This document shows, piece by piece, positions 1 to 10,395 of a stretch of DNA of 64,000 nt; the first letter of the stretch is position 1; each line of letters begins with the position of its first letter. A model generated the notes under the pieces. It saw nothing but the letters and a program-made list of their open reading frames with translations, did not search any database and had not been told where the DNA came from. A program made the translations under genes and the position numbers. Source of the DNA: Porticoccus sp. (GTDB lineage: Bacteria; Pseudomonadota; Gammaproteobacteria; Pseudomonadales; Porticoccaceae); assembly GCA_018066715.1 (NCBI GenBank), contig JAGPWA010000099.1:35860-99859 (forward strand), in the 5' to 3' direction.

Positions 1-449
1 GGTTGCAGTAAATCGGCAGCAAAGGGTGGGTCAAGAAAGACGACATCAAATGGCTTTTCAGGGGTAAAAGTGTTCAGCCATTGAGAAGCATTGGCCTGAA
101 TGACTTGAGCTCGTTCAGTTTTTAATAAGGCACCGTTTTGTTTCAATAGGGCTGTGGCCGCAGTATCTTTCTCAACCAGAATTGCGTGGTCGGCACCCCG
201 GGATAATGCTTCAAACCCCAGTGCTCCTGAACCTGCGAATAAGTCGAGGCAGTGAGCTCCCGAGATGACAGGTGCCAGCCAGTTAAACAGGGTTTCCCGA
301 ACCCTGTCACCCGTGGGGCGCAACCCTTCTACATCAGCAAAATGAAGTTTATGCCCGCGCCATTGGCCACCGATAATACGGAGCTGACCAAGGGCCTCTT
401 TTCGAGAGGGAGATGTTGGGTGATGATGGCGTTTCAAAGCGTTTTTCAA
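1..449 (-). CDS. rsmD: 16S rRNA (guanine966-N2)-methyltransferase RsmD; 3' end cut by window edge
   Basis: Reverse-strand translation reads GQLRIIGGQWRGHKLHFADVEGLRPTGDRVRETLFNWL ... LDLFAGSGALGFEALSRGA ... LDPPF. There is no ATG; a TTG near 447-449 is the probable start. It is divergent from ftsY. It is absent from the ORF track because it is open at the window edge. Confidence 0.8.
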   Translation of the reverse strand, partial: MKNALKRHHHPTSPSRKEALGQLRIIGGQWRGHKLHFADVEGLRPTGDRVRETLFNWLAPVISGAHCLDLFAGSGALGFEALSRGADHAILVEKDTAATALLKQNGALLKTERAQVIQANASQWLNTFTPEKPFDVVFLDPPFAADLLQ

Positions 450-511
450 TCCTTAAAGTGATAGCATACACCGTCAGATTTACATCGTCAGATTTACACC
501 GAGAAAACAGG

Positions 512-1630
512 ATGTCTGTGCCAGATTCAAACGACCCAGAGAATAACACCCAGCAGCCGGGAGAAAAGCGAAAATTTTTACAACGCTTTCGTCGACAGAA
601 GCCTGCTGAGCCTCAGCCTATAGATCTTGCTTCTGAAGCAGCGACTCAAGAAGTGGTTAGCGATGAGCAGCAACCTGATACTGGTATTGAGAATAGCCAA
701 GTTAAGGAAGCCAAACCTAAGGAAACGTTGCGGGCAAGATTTCGTCGTGCGTTATCAAAAACGGGGCGTAGTTTTGGTAATTTGTTTCTCGGTGACCGAG
801 AAATTGATGATGAGCTTCTGGAAGAGCTGGAAACCCTGCTGCTATTGGCCGATGTGGGTATTGAGTCCACTGTGGAAATTATTCAGGATTTAGCCGATCG
901 AGTGAAGCGGCGGGAGCTAGCAGACAGTCGAGCTTTATTTGAGGCACTTCAAAATACCATGGTTGCCAAGCTCAAGCCCTGTGAACAACCGCTGAGTGTC
1001 GATGGGCAGAAAGCCCCCTTTGTAATATTAGTGGTTGGCGTCAACGGCGTTGGTAAAACGACCACGATTGGGAAGCTAGCCAAGCGGTACCGGGATCAAG
1101 GGAAGTCGGTCATGCTGGCCGCTGGCGACACATTCCGGGCGGCAGCGGTTGAGCAGCTACAAGCTTGGGGTGAGCGTAATAATGTACCTGTGGTGGCACA
1201 GCATACGGGGGCCGACAGTGCCTCAGTTATTTATGACGCTATCGAATCTGCCAAGTCACGAAATGTAGATATTCTTATTGCCGATACCGCAGGACGGTTG
1301 CATACCAAAAGTAACCTTATGGAAGAATTGAAAAAAGTGAGGCGCGTGATGGCCAAATTGGACGAGACCGCTCCCCATGAAGTGCTGTTGGTTCTGGATG
1401 CCGGTACGGGTCAAAATGCACTTGTTCAGATGAAAGAATTTAACGATACGGTCAACGTGACGGGCGTGGCGCTGACAAAGCTGGATGGTACGGCGAAGGG
1501 TGGCATCATCTTTTCCCTGTGTAAGCAGTTTGGTACCCCCATTCGCTTTGTGGGCCTGGGTGAGGGCGCTGATGACCTCCAGCCCTTTGTGGCCAGCGAG
1601 TATGTTAATGCGCTGTTTGATCGAGGCTAG
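512..1630 (+). CDS. ftsY: Signal recognition particle receptor FtsY
   Basis: Acidic N-terminal region followed by SRP-GTPase motifs GVNGVGKTTTIGKLA, DTAGR, TKLDG. The gene is followed by ftsE/ftsX. The ATG at 512 (MSVPDSND) is preferred over the track start at 413, which would overlap the rsmD 5' end. Confidence 0.93.
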   Translation: MSVPDSNDPENNTQQPGEKRKFLQRFRRQKPAEPQPIDLASEAATQEVVSDEQQPDTGIENSQVKEAKPKETLRARFRRALSKTGRSFGNLFLGDREIDDELLEELETLLLLADVGIESTVEIIQDLADRVKRRELADSRALFEALQNTMVAKLKPCEQPLSVDGQKAPFVILVVGVNGVGKTTTIGKLAKRYRDQGKSVMLAAGDTFRAAAVEQLQAWGERNNVPVVAQHTGADSASVIYDAIESAKSRNVDILIADTAGRLHTKSNLMEELKKVRRVMAKLDETAPHEVLLVLDAGTGQNALVQMKEFNDTVNVTGVALTKLDGTAKGGIIFSLCKQFGTPIRFVGLGEGADDLQPFVASEYVNALFDRG

Positions 1631-1651
1631 AAGGGATATCCACAGATTCGC

Positions 1652-2329
1652 ATGATTCAATTTGATAAGGTGAGCAAGCGGTACTCCACGGGCCAAGAGG
1701 CATTGAGCGGCCTCAGTTTAGAGTTGGGGGCCGGTGAAATGACCTTTCTCACCGGTCATTCCGGTGCGGGAAAAAGCACCTTACTTAAACTGATTATGCT
1801 GATGGAGCGACCCACCCACGGCCAACTACTGGTCAATGGTAAGAATCTCAATCGTCTTCACAGTAGCCAAATACCCTATTACCGCCGCAATGTGGGTGTG
1901 GTGTTCCAGAATCATCAATTACTGTTTGATCGCAGTGCGTTTGATAACGTCGCTCTCCCATTATTGGTTTCCGGGTATCAACCCCGTGAAGTCGGGCGGC
2001 GAGTTAGGGCGGCCCTAGATAAGGTGGGGTTACTGGATAAGGAAAAACAAAACCCCATCGCACTTTCAGGTGGAGAGCAACAGCGTTTAGGGATTGCCAG
2101 AGCTGTGGTTCACAAGCCTCGGATCCTACTGGCAGATGAGCCCACGGGAAACTTGGACCCTCAGTTGTCGGCAGAAATTATGGATTTGTTTCGACAGTTC
2201 TGTGAGTTGGGTGTCACGGTATTGATCGCGACCCACGATGTGGATTTGATCTCCCGTATGGGTTTGCGTCTTCTACAGTTGGAGCGGGGCAGGCTAATAC
2301 ACGATGGGGTGCCGGAATATGCAGCGTAA
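1652..2329 (+). CDS. ftsE: Cell division ATP-binding protein FtsE
   Basis: ABC ATPase motifs GHSGAGKST (Walker A), LSGGEQQR (signature), ILLADEPTGNLD (Walker B). Position between ftsY and ftsX. Confidence 0.95.
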   Translation: MIQFDKVSKRYSTGQEALSGLSLELGAGEMTFLTGHSGAGKSTLLKLIMLMERPTHGQLLVNGKNLNRLHSSQIPYYRRNVGVVFQNHQLLFDRSAFDNVALPLLVSGYQPREVGRRVRAALDKVGLLDKEKQNPIALSGGEQQRLGIARAVVHKPRILLADEPTGNLDPQLSAEIMDLFRQFCELGVTVLIATHDVDLISRMGLRLLQLERGRLIHDGVPEYAA

Positions 2330-3350
2330 TCGCTTGCAGAAGTCCAAGCCTACTCGTAGAGAGTCTGCGAAAAAATCTTCAAGAGAGTCGCGCCGAGGTG
2401 CCTCTGATGGCAGAGCAAGGTTATTGGATAAGCTGAAAAGTTATTTCCAAAACCATGGTCAATTACTTCTCCGCACGTTTCAGCGTTTGGCAGCAGAGCC
2501 AGCTCAGACCCTGATGACATCACTCGTGGTAGCTATAGCACTGGGGTTGCCGGCAGCACTCTATGTCGGCGTTGTAAATTTGCAGCATCTGGGTAGCCGA
2601 GTGGAAACCACCGCACAGCTGACTGTATTTCTTAAAAAGGAAGCTACGGAGGTAGCAGTAGATCAGCTGCGAGAAAGCCTGCTGTCAGAATCGGATATTA
2701 CCGCTGTAGACTATATTTCACGACAGCAAGCTTTAGCTGAGTTTCAGACACTTTCGGGGTTTGGTGATGTACTGGCGATGCTGGATGAGAACCCGCTACC
2801 ACCGGTGCTTATCGTACAGCCAGCTGATCAGTTTCAAGGTGATCTGGTGGCCAGTGAGACTTTAGTGGCGCGACTGAAAGAATGGGTGCTGGTCGACGAT
2901 GTACGACTGGATATGAAGTGGATACAGCGACTGCAGGGTATGCTTGAAGTGTGGGAGCGGTTGGCTTTTTCTCTTGGGGTCGCTTTGGCATTGGGTGTTT
3001 TACTCATTATTGGTAATACCATCCGGCTGGCGATCGAGAGTCGGCGGGATGAGATTGTTGTCGTAAAGCTGGTGGGTGGTACTAATGCCTATGTACGGCG
3101 ACCATTTCTCTATACCGGTATTTGGTATGGTGCCCTCGGGGGGCTGCTAGCATGGCTGTTGGTGGCGCTGGGTTTACAGTGGGTAGATGGCCCTGTAGAG
3201 CGTTTGGCTGGGCTATATCAGAGCATTTTTCAACTTCAGGGCCTGGGGTTTTCCGGATTGTTGGCACTTATATTCATCGGCGCAGTGCTAGGCTTGATAG
3301 GGGCTTGGCTGGCGGTGGCAAGACACCTTGGAAGTATCGAGCCAAAATAA
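2304..3350 (+). CDS. ftsX: Cell division permease-like protein FtsX
   Basis: Basic N-terminus, periplasmic loop and C-terminal TM bundle typical of FtsX. The start overlaps the ftsE stop; an alternative ATG lies at 2319. Confidence 0.88.
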   Translation: MGCRNMQRNRLQKSKPTRRESAKKSSRESRRGASDGRARLLDKLKSYFQNHGQLLLRTFQRLAAEPAQTLMTSLVVAIALGLPAALYVGVVNLQHLGSRVETTAQLTVFLKKEATEVAVDQLRESLLSESDITAVDYISRQQALAEFQTLSGFGDVLAMLDENPLPPVLIVQPADQFQGDLVASETLVARLKEWVLVDDVRLDMKWIQRLQGMLEVWERLAFSLGVALALGVLLIIGNTIRLAIESRRDEIVVVKLVGGTNAYVRRPFLYTGIWYGALGGLLAWLLVALGLQWVDGPVERLAGLYQSIFQLQGLGFSGLLALIFIGAVLGLIGAWLAVARHLGSIEPK

Positions 3351-3452
3351 CACTTTATTGATTTAAAACAACTGGTTGAGGAAACTTTTAGCGGGTATGG
3401 AAATCTAACACGAAACTGGTAAAATGTGCCCCCTTGGATTGTTGAGGTTGAT

Positions 3453-4307
3453 ATGACTAAGAAGTTGCAAACTGTAGAGTGGATGGCACCGGGTGCAAAC
3501 CTTGCCGCCTATATGCAGGGTGTTAATACTGTTGCAGTTTTATCCGCAGAGCAGGAACGTGCCCTCGCAGAAGATCTCTATTATCGAGAAGACCTTGATG
3601 CTGCTCGTCGTCTGGTACTTTCTCACCTCCGTTTTGTTGTCCATATTGCCCGCTCCTATAACGGCTATGGTCTGCCTCTTGGGGATTTGATTCAGGAAGG
3701 TAACCTTGGCCTGATGAAGGCGGTTAAACGCTTTAATCCAGAAAAAGGAGTTCGTCTGGTCTCCTTTGCTGTTCATTGGGTAAAGGCAGAAATTCATGAA
3801 TATGTGCTGCGTAACTGGCGTATTGTCAAAGTGGCTACCACTAAGGCTCAGCGCAAATTGTTCTTCAATCTGCGTGGTGCAAAAAAGCGTTTAGCTTGGC
3901 TGACCGACAGTGAAGCTAAGGCAATTGCTGATGATCTCGGTGTTGAAGTCAAACATGTTCGTGAAATGGAGCAGCGGTTGTCTGCTCGAGATGCTGCATT
4001 CGATGCGTCGGCAGATGACGATGATGAGAGTGCTTATCAGGCACCTGCCTACTTTCTGGAAGATAAAAGCGCCGACCCGGCATTACAGCTGGAGCAGGCA
4101 GATAGTGAGCAAGACAGCTCCACTCGTATGGCGAAAGCGCTGGAAGAATTGGATGAACGTAGTCGTGACATTATTCACAGTCGCTGGTTAGAAGAGAGTA
4201 AATCTACTCTCCATAACTTGGCCGATAAATATGGGGTCTCCGCTGAGCGTATTCGGCAGCTCGAACAGAATGCCATGAAAAAAGTACGGGCAATCATGGA
4301 AGCCTGA
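3453..4307 (+). CDS. rpoH: RNA polymerase sigma-32 factor RpoH
   Basis: Colinear with E. coli RpoH, including [20 protein letters not shown] and the RpoH box [28 protein letters not shown] lies upstream of the ATG at 3453 (MTKKLQ). Confidence 0.95.
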   Translation: MTKKLQTVEWMAPGANLAAYMQGVNTVAVLSAEQERALAEDLYYREDLDAARRLVLSHLRFVVHIARSYNGYGLPLGDLIQEGNLGLMKAVKRFNPEKGVRLVSFAVHWVKAEIHEYVLRNWRIVKVATTKAQRKLFFNLRGAKKRLAWLTDSEAKAIADDLGVEVKHVREMEQRLSARDAAFDASADDDDESAYQAPAYFLEDKSADPALQLEQADSEQDSSTRMAKALEELDERSRDIIHSRWLEESKSTLHNLADKYGVSAERIRQLEQNAMKKVRAIMEA

Positions 4308-4336
4308 CGGGTAGAGTGAACGAATCAACAGCCTGA

Positions 4337-4364
4337 AAAGCCGCGAGTCCCGCGGCTTTTTTAT
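4337..4364 (+). terminator. Rho-independent terminator after rpoH
   Basis: aaaagccgcg-agtc-cgcggctttttt: GC-rich stem followed by a T run. Confidence 0.7.
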
Positions 4365-4420
4365 TGAGCCATAGTTATTGTTAAATAGTTTTTATTAAAG
4401 GGTATCTCTCGGGAGTTCTG

Positions 4421-4819
4421 ATGAAAGTACTGGCAGTGATAACCGCATTATTAGGGTTTCTTGGTGTTGCCCTTGGTGCCTTTGGTACCCATGGGTTACG
4501 CGGTATGGTCGAGCCCGAGTTGCTGTCAGTGTGGCAAACAGCGGTGCAGTATCAGATGTTCCATACGTTGGTGTTGCTGTCTATTGTGATAGCCGGCAAC
4601 CGTCATGCTACTTCGCGATCACTGCTGGCTATATCAGGTTGGTTGCTGGTCGCGGGCTCAGTACTTTTTTCTGGTAGCCTCTATGCACTGGTCATTACTG
4701 GCATTAAATCCCTTGGGATGGTGACCCCTTTTGGCGGGGTATTATTTTTGATGGGCTGGCTGGTGTTGTTATTTGCATTGATAAGGGTTGTGGATGCTGA
4801 GCAGGCAATCGGAGAATAA
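4421..4819 (+). CDS. DUF423 (YgdD-like) small inner-membrane protein
   Basis: 132 aa with 4 predicted TM helices. The N-terminal [11 protein letters not shown] motif is typical of DUF423. Confidence 0.75.
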   Translation: MKVLAVITALLGFLGVALGAFGTHGLRGMVEPELLSVWQTAVQYQMFHTLVLLSIVIAGNRHATSRSLLAISGWLLVAGSVLFSGSLYALVITGIKSLGMVTPFGGVLFLMGWLVLLFALIRVVDAEQAIGE

Positions 4820-4821
4820 TA

Positions 4822-5517
4822 TTGGATATCAGGCCGGAGTATAAAAAGAAATCTATTCGAAGTTATGTGGTGCGTGCTGGCCGAATGACTGAGGGCCAGA
4901 AAGCGGCCTTTGATAAATACTGGCCAGACTACGGGTTGAGCTTACATAGCGGCAAAGTCGATATTGATACTACTTTTGGTCGCAGTAGCCCTAGAGTGAT
5001 GGAAATCGGATTTGGTATGGGTGGTTCGTTGCTGGAAATGCTACAGGCAGAACCGGAAAAAGATTTCATTGGCATCGAAGTGCATCCACCGGGGGTGGGC
5101 AGACTGATTAATGGTGCTGGCAAGCTGGAACTACCTAACTTGCGAGTGTATCTGGCCGACGCTACTGATGTGATGGAAGATTGCATAGAAGATGCCAGTA
5201 TTGACCGGCTGCAGGTCTATTTCCCCGATCCTTGGCACAAGAAAAAGCACAATAAACGTCGTTTAATACAGCCTCAGTTTGTTCAGAAAATTCGTTCCAA
5301 GCTTAAACTGGATGGCGTCTTCCACCTGGCAACTGATTGGGAGCCTTACGCTGAATATATGTTGGAAGTGATGGAGGCGGCTGAGGGCTATGAAAACCTT
5401 GCGGGGGTTGGACAGTATTCCTCCCGCCCCGATTATCGTCCGATCACCAAGTTTGAGCAGCGAGGCGAACGACTCGGGCATGGGGTTTGGGACCTGTTGT
5501 ACAAAAGGGTTGATTAG
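4822..5517 (+). CDS. trmB: tRNA (guanine46-N7)-methyltransferase TrmB
   Basis: EIGFGMG SAM-binding motif, [27 protein letters not shown] start. Confidence 0.9.
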   Translation: MDIRPEYKKKSIRSYVVRAGRMTEGQKAAFDKYWPDYGLSLHSGKVDIDTTFGRSSPRVMEIGFGMGGSLLEMLQAEPEKDFIGIEVHPPGVGRLINGAGKLELPNLRVYLADATDVMEDCIEDASIDRLQVYFPDPWHKKKHNKRRLIQPQFVQKIRSKLKLDGVFHLATDWEPYAEYMLEVMEAAEGYENLAGVGQYSSRPDYRPITKFEQRGERLGHGVWDLLYKRVD

Positions 5518-5561
5518 TAGAGCCCTCTTGTAAGTCATGAGTGAGATAGATAACCCTACCG

Positions 5562-6401
5562 TTAGTTGACTACCAGTAAGTCACAGCCTGTCTTGACCAG
5601 AATTTTTTCGGCCGTATTGCCCAGTAATTTTCCAGTAATACCCCTTCTTGCCACTGTGCCGATGACCAGAACATTTGCCCCAATAATATCTACACATTCC
5701 GTGATAATCACTTGAGGATTCCCTAGCTGAACATGCACCTGCTCAGGTGGAACACCAAAACGGTCAGCGATGACAGATTGTTGAGCATTAACATCTTCCA
5801 GATATTGAAATCCTAAATGGCTGGCAATGGCCTCTTTTTCATCCAGAGCACAGACTAAATGTAGGGTGCTGCTGGTGTCTTCTGCCAGGTTCAGGGCGGC
5901 GGTGATCACGGCATGGTTGAGAGCAATGTGTGCATCATCATCGCTGTAGATATCCAGAGCAGCAACAACCACACCGCCAACAATAGGCGCTGTAGAACGG
6001 GCGACCAATACAGGGCAAGGAGCAAAGCGCAAAAGCTCCCGCTGGTGTAAACCGCCATCGCCACCACTTTGGACAATTAGGTTGGCGCCTATTTGGTCGG
6101 CATGGTGACTGGCTGCAAGTGGCCAGTCGCTGTTCCAGGCAACTTCGGTGGTAATTTCAATGCCCCATTTAGTGTATGGTTTTGCCTGTGACAGCATCCA
6201 TTTGTCGAGTTCTTGAAGTTTTGAATGTTTGGCCTCTTGGCGAGAAGGATAGTGGTTGATTTCCCGGTCGGAGAGGTGGACGCAAGCAAAGGCCGAAAGA
6301 GAGGCGTTTGCCTTTTCTGCTAGGGTGCAGGCCTTGTCGAGGGCTATCTGGTCCGGTGAGAGTGGTGCCATAACTACAAGGTATTTCAGGTAACTCGTCA
6401 T
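5562..6401 (-). CDS. Universal stress protein, tandem USP domains (UspE-like)
   Basis: 279 aa in two USP-like halves. The C-terminal GNTAEKILVKTGCDLLVV motif is typical of the USP fold. Confidence 0.75.
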   Translation of the reverse strand: MTSYLKYLVVMAPLSPDQIALDKACTLAEKANASLSAFACVHLSDREINHYPSRQEAKHSKLQELDKWMLSQAKPYTKWGIEITTEVAWNSDWPLAASHHADQIGANLIVQSGGDGGLHQRELLRFAPCPVLVARSTAPIVGGVVVAALDIYSDDDAHIALNHAVITAALNLAEDTSSTLHLVCALDEKEAIASHLGFQYLEDVNAQQSVIADRFGVPPEQVHVQLGNPQVIITECVDIIGANVLVIGTVARRGITGKLLGNTAEKILVKTGCDLLVVN

Positions 6402-6572
6402 TAGTCATTTTCCTTAACTTTCGTTCTTAGCTATCGCTCTCAACTATTGTTCACAGGCGTGCCCCACTTAATAGCCATAGGAATATTTCTAGCAGCTTAA
6501 TATAATCAGACACTTGCTTTAACTATAGAACATTTATAAACAACTAAGTTGATGCAAAACAAGGGGTTAATA

Positions 6573-7229
6573 ATGAGCAAGCGAGTAGCAGTTATTCTTT
6601 CAGGGTGTGGTGTTTTTGATGGCTCGGAGATATACGAATCAGTAATCACACTGTTGCAGTTGGATCAGGCGGGCGCCCAAGTGCAGTGTTTCGCACCAGA
6701 TATTGAGCAGATGCATGTCATCAACCATGTCACCGGTGATGTGATGGAAGGTGAGCGTCGAAATGTACTGGTGGAAGCCGCTCGGTTGGCACGCGGTAAT
6801 ATCAAAAATCTGGCCGAGGCCAACGCTGAGGATTTTGATGCGGTGATTATACCGGGAGGCTTTGGCGCTGCGAAAAATCTCTGTGATTTTGCTGTGAAGG
6901 GCTCAGGTCTCACAGTCGATAAGAGCTTGGTGAATTTTGTTCAGGCCATGCACCAGGCCGATAAACCCGTAGGGCTTATGTGTATTGCTCCCGCCATGGT
7001 GGGTAAGCTGTTTAGTGAAGATGTACATTTTACGATTGGTGATGACTTGGAGACCGCCTCGGCAATTGAGGCAACCGGCGCAGTGCATGAGCGATGTCCG
7101 GTGAATAACATCTGTATTGATGGTGCTAATAAAGTAGTGACTACGCCAGCCTATATGTTGGCAGGTAATATCAGTGAAGCGGCCAGCGGAATTAACAAGC
7201 TGGTGGACGCTGTACTGGAGCAGGCTTGA
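6573..7229 (+). CDS. elbB: DJ-1/PfpI-family isoprenoid biosynthesis glyoxalase ElbB
   Basis: MSKRVAVILSGCGVFDGSEIYE N-terminus and the GLMCIAP nucleophile-elbow motif are characteristic of ElbB. An SD-like aagggg lies upstream of the ATG at 6573. Confidence 0.82.
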   Translation: MSKRVAVILSGCGVFDGSEIYESVITLLQLDQAGAQVQCFAPDIEQMHVINHVTGDVMEGERRNVLVEAARLARGNIKNLAEANAEDFDAVIIPGGFGAAKNLCDFAVKGSGLTVDKSLVNFVQAMHQADKPVGLMCIAPAMVGKLFSEDVHFTIGDDLETASAIEATGAVHERCPVNNICIDGANKVVTTPAYMLAGNISEAASGINKLVDAVLEQA

Positions 7230-7236
7230 AATAACA

Positions 7237-7779
7237 GTGAGTGATAATCAGAGAAACCCTTTTTGGCAGTATTCCCTAGCCCTCTATGGTCGGCCGAAGG
7301 TGGCAGAATGCTGCTTGAGCTATCAGGACAATGATGGTGCCAACGTCAATCTTCTTCTATTTTGCTGCTGGTTGGGTTTCAGTGGTCATCGAATTGAACC
7401 TGAGGCACTCGAGCAGGCGAGGTCATTGATTGAGGCGTGGGATCTACAAGCAGTTCAAAAATTGAGAGCCATTCGCCGATTTTTGGTGTCATCACAATGT
7501 ACCTCTAGTGAGATGGTGAAGAGTGATGTGGTTAAGGGTGAGATGATTCAGTCGCTTCAGCAGGTGGAACTGATGGCAGAGCAGGTTGTCCAAAACATCC
7601 TCTATGATTGGTGGTTAGGTGAGAGTTTTTGCCATTCCCATGAACATGGGGCCGCCCTGCAGACAGAAAGGTTGCAGGCAGAAAATTTAAACACTTACTT
7701 GGATACACTAGGTTGTCAGCCTATACCGACTGACAGTCCGTTACTTTGTCCGTTAGACGAACCGCAGACCTCAACGTAA
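7237..7779 (+). CDS. TIGR02444/DUF2390-family conserved hypothetical protein
   Basis: NPFWQYSLALYGRPKVAECCLSYQDNDGANVNLLLFCCWLG resembles this family. The GTG at 7237 avoids overlap with elbB. Confidence 0.55.
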   Translation: MSDNQRNPFWQYSLALYGRPKVAECCLSYQDNDGANVNLLLFCCWLGFSGHRIEPEALEQARSLIEAWDLQAVQKLRAIRRFLVSSQCTSSEMVKSDVVKGEMIQSLQQVELMAEQVVQNILYDWWLGESFCHSHEHGAALQTERLQAENLNTYLDTLGCQPIPTDSPLLCPLDEPQTST

Positions 7780-7830
7780 TTTTACGTTAATATGCCCGAT
7801 CTATTCGGACCGTCAACTAAGGAAACTTTT

Positions 7831-8571
7831 ATGAAATTTAAATTCCTGGTGCTCGCCTCAACAATAGCGGTCACCCTGACAGCTTGTGATAAACAGGAGG
7901 CAAATACTACGCAGGACAAAGCGCAAGCTGAAGTGGTATTTGATACTCAGATAAAGAAATTTAGCTACGTCGTTGGTGTCGATATGGGCGGCCAACTGCG
8001 TACCTCAGATATTCAAATAGACCGTGAAGCCTTTGCTCTTGGTTTGTCTGATTCTCTGGATAGTCATCCACCTCGGATTGCCAAAGAAGAGTTAGAAGGC
8101 GTTGTGCAAGCCTTCCATGATGAGCAGCAAACTAAGATAAAGCAGAATGAAGATACCATGCGCTCTATCTCAGAAAGCAATATAAAGGCCGGTTCTGCGT
8201 TCTTGGCTGAAAACTCGATCAAAGATGGGGTTAATACGACGGAGAGTGGTTTACAGTATAAAGTGATTACTGCGGGCAATGGTGCCATGCCGACAGCTGA
8301 CAGTCGTGTGGAAGTTAACTATCGTGGCACCTTGATCGACGGCACTGAATTTGATGCTTCAACGAAGCATGGTGGTTCTGTTGAACTCAATGTTGGCGAA
8401 GTTATTCCTGGCTGGACTGAAGCACTTAAGCGAATGAAAGAGGGCGCCAAGTGGGAGTTGTATCTTCCATCGGAGCTTGCGTATGGTCCACAGGGTACAG
8501 GTGGAATTATTGGTCCAAGCGCTACCCTGATTTTTGAGGTGGAACTGCTCAAGGTTTTGGGCGCTGAATAG
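7831..8571 (+). CDS. FKBP-type peptidyl-prolyl cis-trans isomerase, probable lipoprotein
   Basis: Signal peptide with lipobox LTAC. The C-terminal FKBP domain reads YRGTLIDGTEFD ... VIPGWTEAL ... LIFEVELL. Confidence 0.88.
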   Translation: MKFKFLVLASTIAVTLTACDKQEANTTQDKAQAEVVFDTQIKKFSYVVGVDMGGQLRTSDIQIDREAFALGLSDSLDSHPPRIAKEELEGVVQAFHDEQQTKIKQNEDTMRSISESNIKAGSAFLAENSIKDGVNTTESGLQYKVITAGNGAMPTADSRVEVNYRGTLIDGTEFDASTKHGGSVELNVGEVIPGWTEALKRMKEGAKWELYLPSELAYGPQGTGGIIGPSATLIFEVELLKVLGAE

Positions 8572-8610
8572 GTATTTTTTACCTAGGTATTAATAAACCA
8601 AGCAGTAATA

Positions 8611-8637
8611 AAAAAAGGCCCGTGAGGGCCTTTTTTT
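8611..8637. terminator. Bidirectional rho-independent terminator between the FKBP gene and rsd
   Basis: aaaaaaggcccgtgagggccttttttt: A run, GC stem, T run, located between convergent genes. Confidence 0.7.
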
Positions 8638-8679
8638 ATAGATCGATTTTGATGTGGTACACCTCATGATTGAGCTATT

Positions 8680-9156
8680 TTAGGTTTTATTCATTACTTT
8701 TTCGCTATGAGCGGTATGTAATACTTCAATCATTTGGTCTTCCGCAGCCAGCCGTGCTTCGAGTGATTCACCCAGTTGTGATAGATCGGTCGCCAGCGTT
8801 TTGAGGTCATCTGTTTCGAGATACTTGTCGTTAAAGTCCAGAACCATCTCAGTGGAGGCATCAATGGTTTCTAACAGACCATTGGCAGCCTCTAGTCCCT
8901 GGCTATCCTGAAGGTCCTTGCCTTCCTGAACCAATTGATCGTAGATTTCGAAATGACCCGCTGATGTGTAGTCCACCAGAATTTCACAGAAAGTCTTCAA
9001 CTTTTCACGGTGTAGGGTGTTTTTACTGTCGAAACCTTGGATGTCTCCAAGCGCACAAAACTCAACAAGGACATCTCGCCGTCCTTCTAGCCAGCGGTCA
9101 ATCAGGGCGCTTACGCCCCCCCAGCGTTCTTGAGCAGATTTACAGTTCTTAAGCAT
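8680..9156 (-). CDS. rsd: Sigma-70 regulator Rsd/AlgQ family
   Basis: 158 aa. WGGVSALIDRWLEGRRDVLVEFC and the overall helical layout match Rsd/AlgQ. Confidence 0.8.
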   Translation of the reverse strand: MLKNCKSAQERWGGVSALIDRWLEGRRDVLVEFCALGDIQGFDSKNTLHREKLKTFCEILVDYTSAGHFEIYDQLVQEGKDLQDSQGLEAANGLLETIDASTEMVLDFNDKYLETDDLKTLATDLSQLGESLEARLAAEDQMIEVLHTAHSEKVMNKT

Positions 9157-9295
9157 ATACAGCAGCTTTTATTATGGGTTCACCCCAGCATATGCAAACG
9201 GTAACAGCGTGACAAGGGCTTAACGAATCCCGGTAGGGAAGGTGATTACTTGTTGAGTCAAGTTTAGTCTTAGTTTGGCGATGGTTTTTAAGTCT

Positions 9296-10015
9296 TTACC
9301 CTGAACAGGCGATGACTATCCAGGGCAATAAAATGGCCGTTAATGTCCCGGTCAACCCAAGCCCTAGGCTGGAAAATGCACCACAACGGCTGCTGATCTC
9401 AAAGGCTCGCGCTGTACCAACACCGTGGGCACTGATACCCATGACAAATCCTGCGATACGGTCATCGGTAATCTTTAACCCGCTAAATATCCATGGCGCG
9501 CATATCGCGCCCACCACGCCGGTAAAGACGACGATGCCTGCTGTGAGCCCCGGCTGCCCCCCAATTTTTTCGGTAATCCCCAGAGCAATAGGTGTTGTCA
9601 CGGACTTGGGTGTGAGTGAAATTAATGTATCAACGGATGCTCCAAGTGCCCAGGCAATCGCCAGGGCGCTGATTACAGCAAAACTGGCACCAAATAATAG
9701 GGTAAGCAGCAGGGGTTTTGCCAGTGTACGAATATGGTGAAATTGTTGATGAAGCGGGATGGCCAGAGCCACGGTCGCTGTGCCCAATAAAAAGAAAAAG
9801 GGACTATTGGCATGGCGATATTGGCTGTAATCGATATCCAGTACTAACAGTAGGCCACCGATTAACAGGGGCGCGGTGACGAGAGGATGCAATAGAGAGT
9901 GAATAGCGGGTAGAGCCTTACACTGCTGGTATAGCCAGAAGGATACTGAGAATATTGCCAGGGTTAGTATCAGGAGCCCTGCCTGAATGATCCATGCTGT
10001 GGAAATAAATGTCAT
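9296..10015 (-). CDS. lrgB: LrgB/CidB-family membrane protein
   Basis: 239 aa polytopic membrane protein with SLTPKSVTTPIA and GISAHGVGTARA motifs typical of LrgB. There is a 4-nt overlap with the upstream lrgA-like gene. Confidence 0.82.
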   Translation of the reverse strand: MTFISTAWIIQAGLLILTLAIFSVSFWLYQQCKALPAIHSLLHPLVTAPLLIGGLLLVLDIDYSQYRHANSPFFFLLGTATVALAIPLHQQFHHIRTLAKPLLLTLLFGASFAVISALAIAWALGASVDTLISLTPKSVTTPIALGITEKIGGQPGLTAGIVVFTGVVGAICAPWIFSGLKITDDRIAGFVMGISAHGVGTARAFEISSRCGAFSSLGLGLTGTLTAILLPWIVIACSG

Positions 10016-10395
10016 GACAAGTGTTCAGCCTCAGGTCGTAACAGCCATTTCATGACTACGGCAGTTGTGGCAATAGTGATTAGCGTGGACAGAACAATGA
10101 CACTGACAATGGCAGGCCACTCGTCAGCGTGAGTGTTTGGGAGGAAAAAAATCCCAACACAGGCTGGAACAAACATCAGCGGCAGCCAGCGAATCATAAA
10201 GTGGCCCGTATGCCCCAACCATTGTGGCATTGTGTAGCCGCTGAGAGTCAGGGTTAGAAACAGCAGTACCATGCCAATGACGGGGCCAGGAATGGGTATA
10301 CCGCTGAAATGGGTGATGGCTTCACCAATACCTTGGTACAGCAGGAGGATGGCAAGCCCCCGAAGCATGTTCAATGCTTGCGAACTATTTGCCAT
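10012..10395 (-). CDS. lrgA: LrgA/CidA-family holin-like protein
   Basis: 4-TM small protein. LRGLAILLLYQGIGEAI is typical of the CidA/LrgA N-terminus. The start is placed at MANSSQ to limit overlap with dsbB. Confidence 0.75.
   Translation of the reverse strand: MANSSQALNMLRGLAILLLYQGIGEAITHFSGIPIPGPVIGMVLLFLTLTLSGYTMPQWLGHTGHFMIRWLPLMFVPACVGIFFLPNTHADEWPAIVSVIVLSTLITIATTAVVMKWLLRPEAEHLS

Noticed and set aside
413-511. Track start of ftsY at 413 (33 extra residues).
   Set aside because: The extension overlaps the rsmD 5' end and promoter region and has no FtsY-like sequence. The ATG at 512 is preferred.
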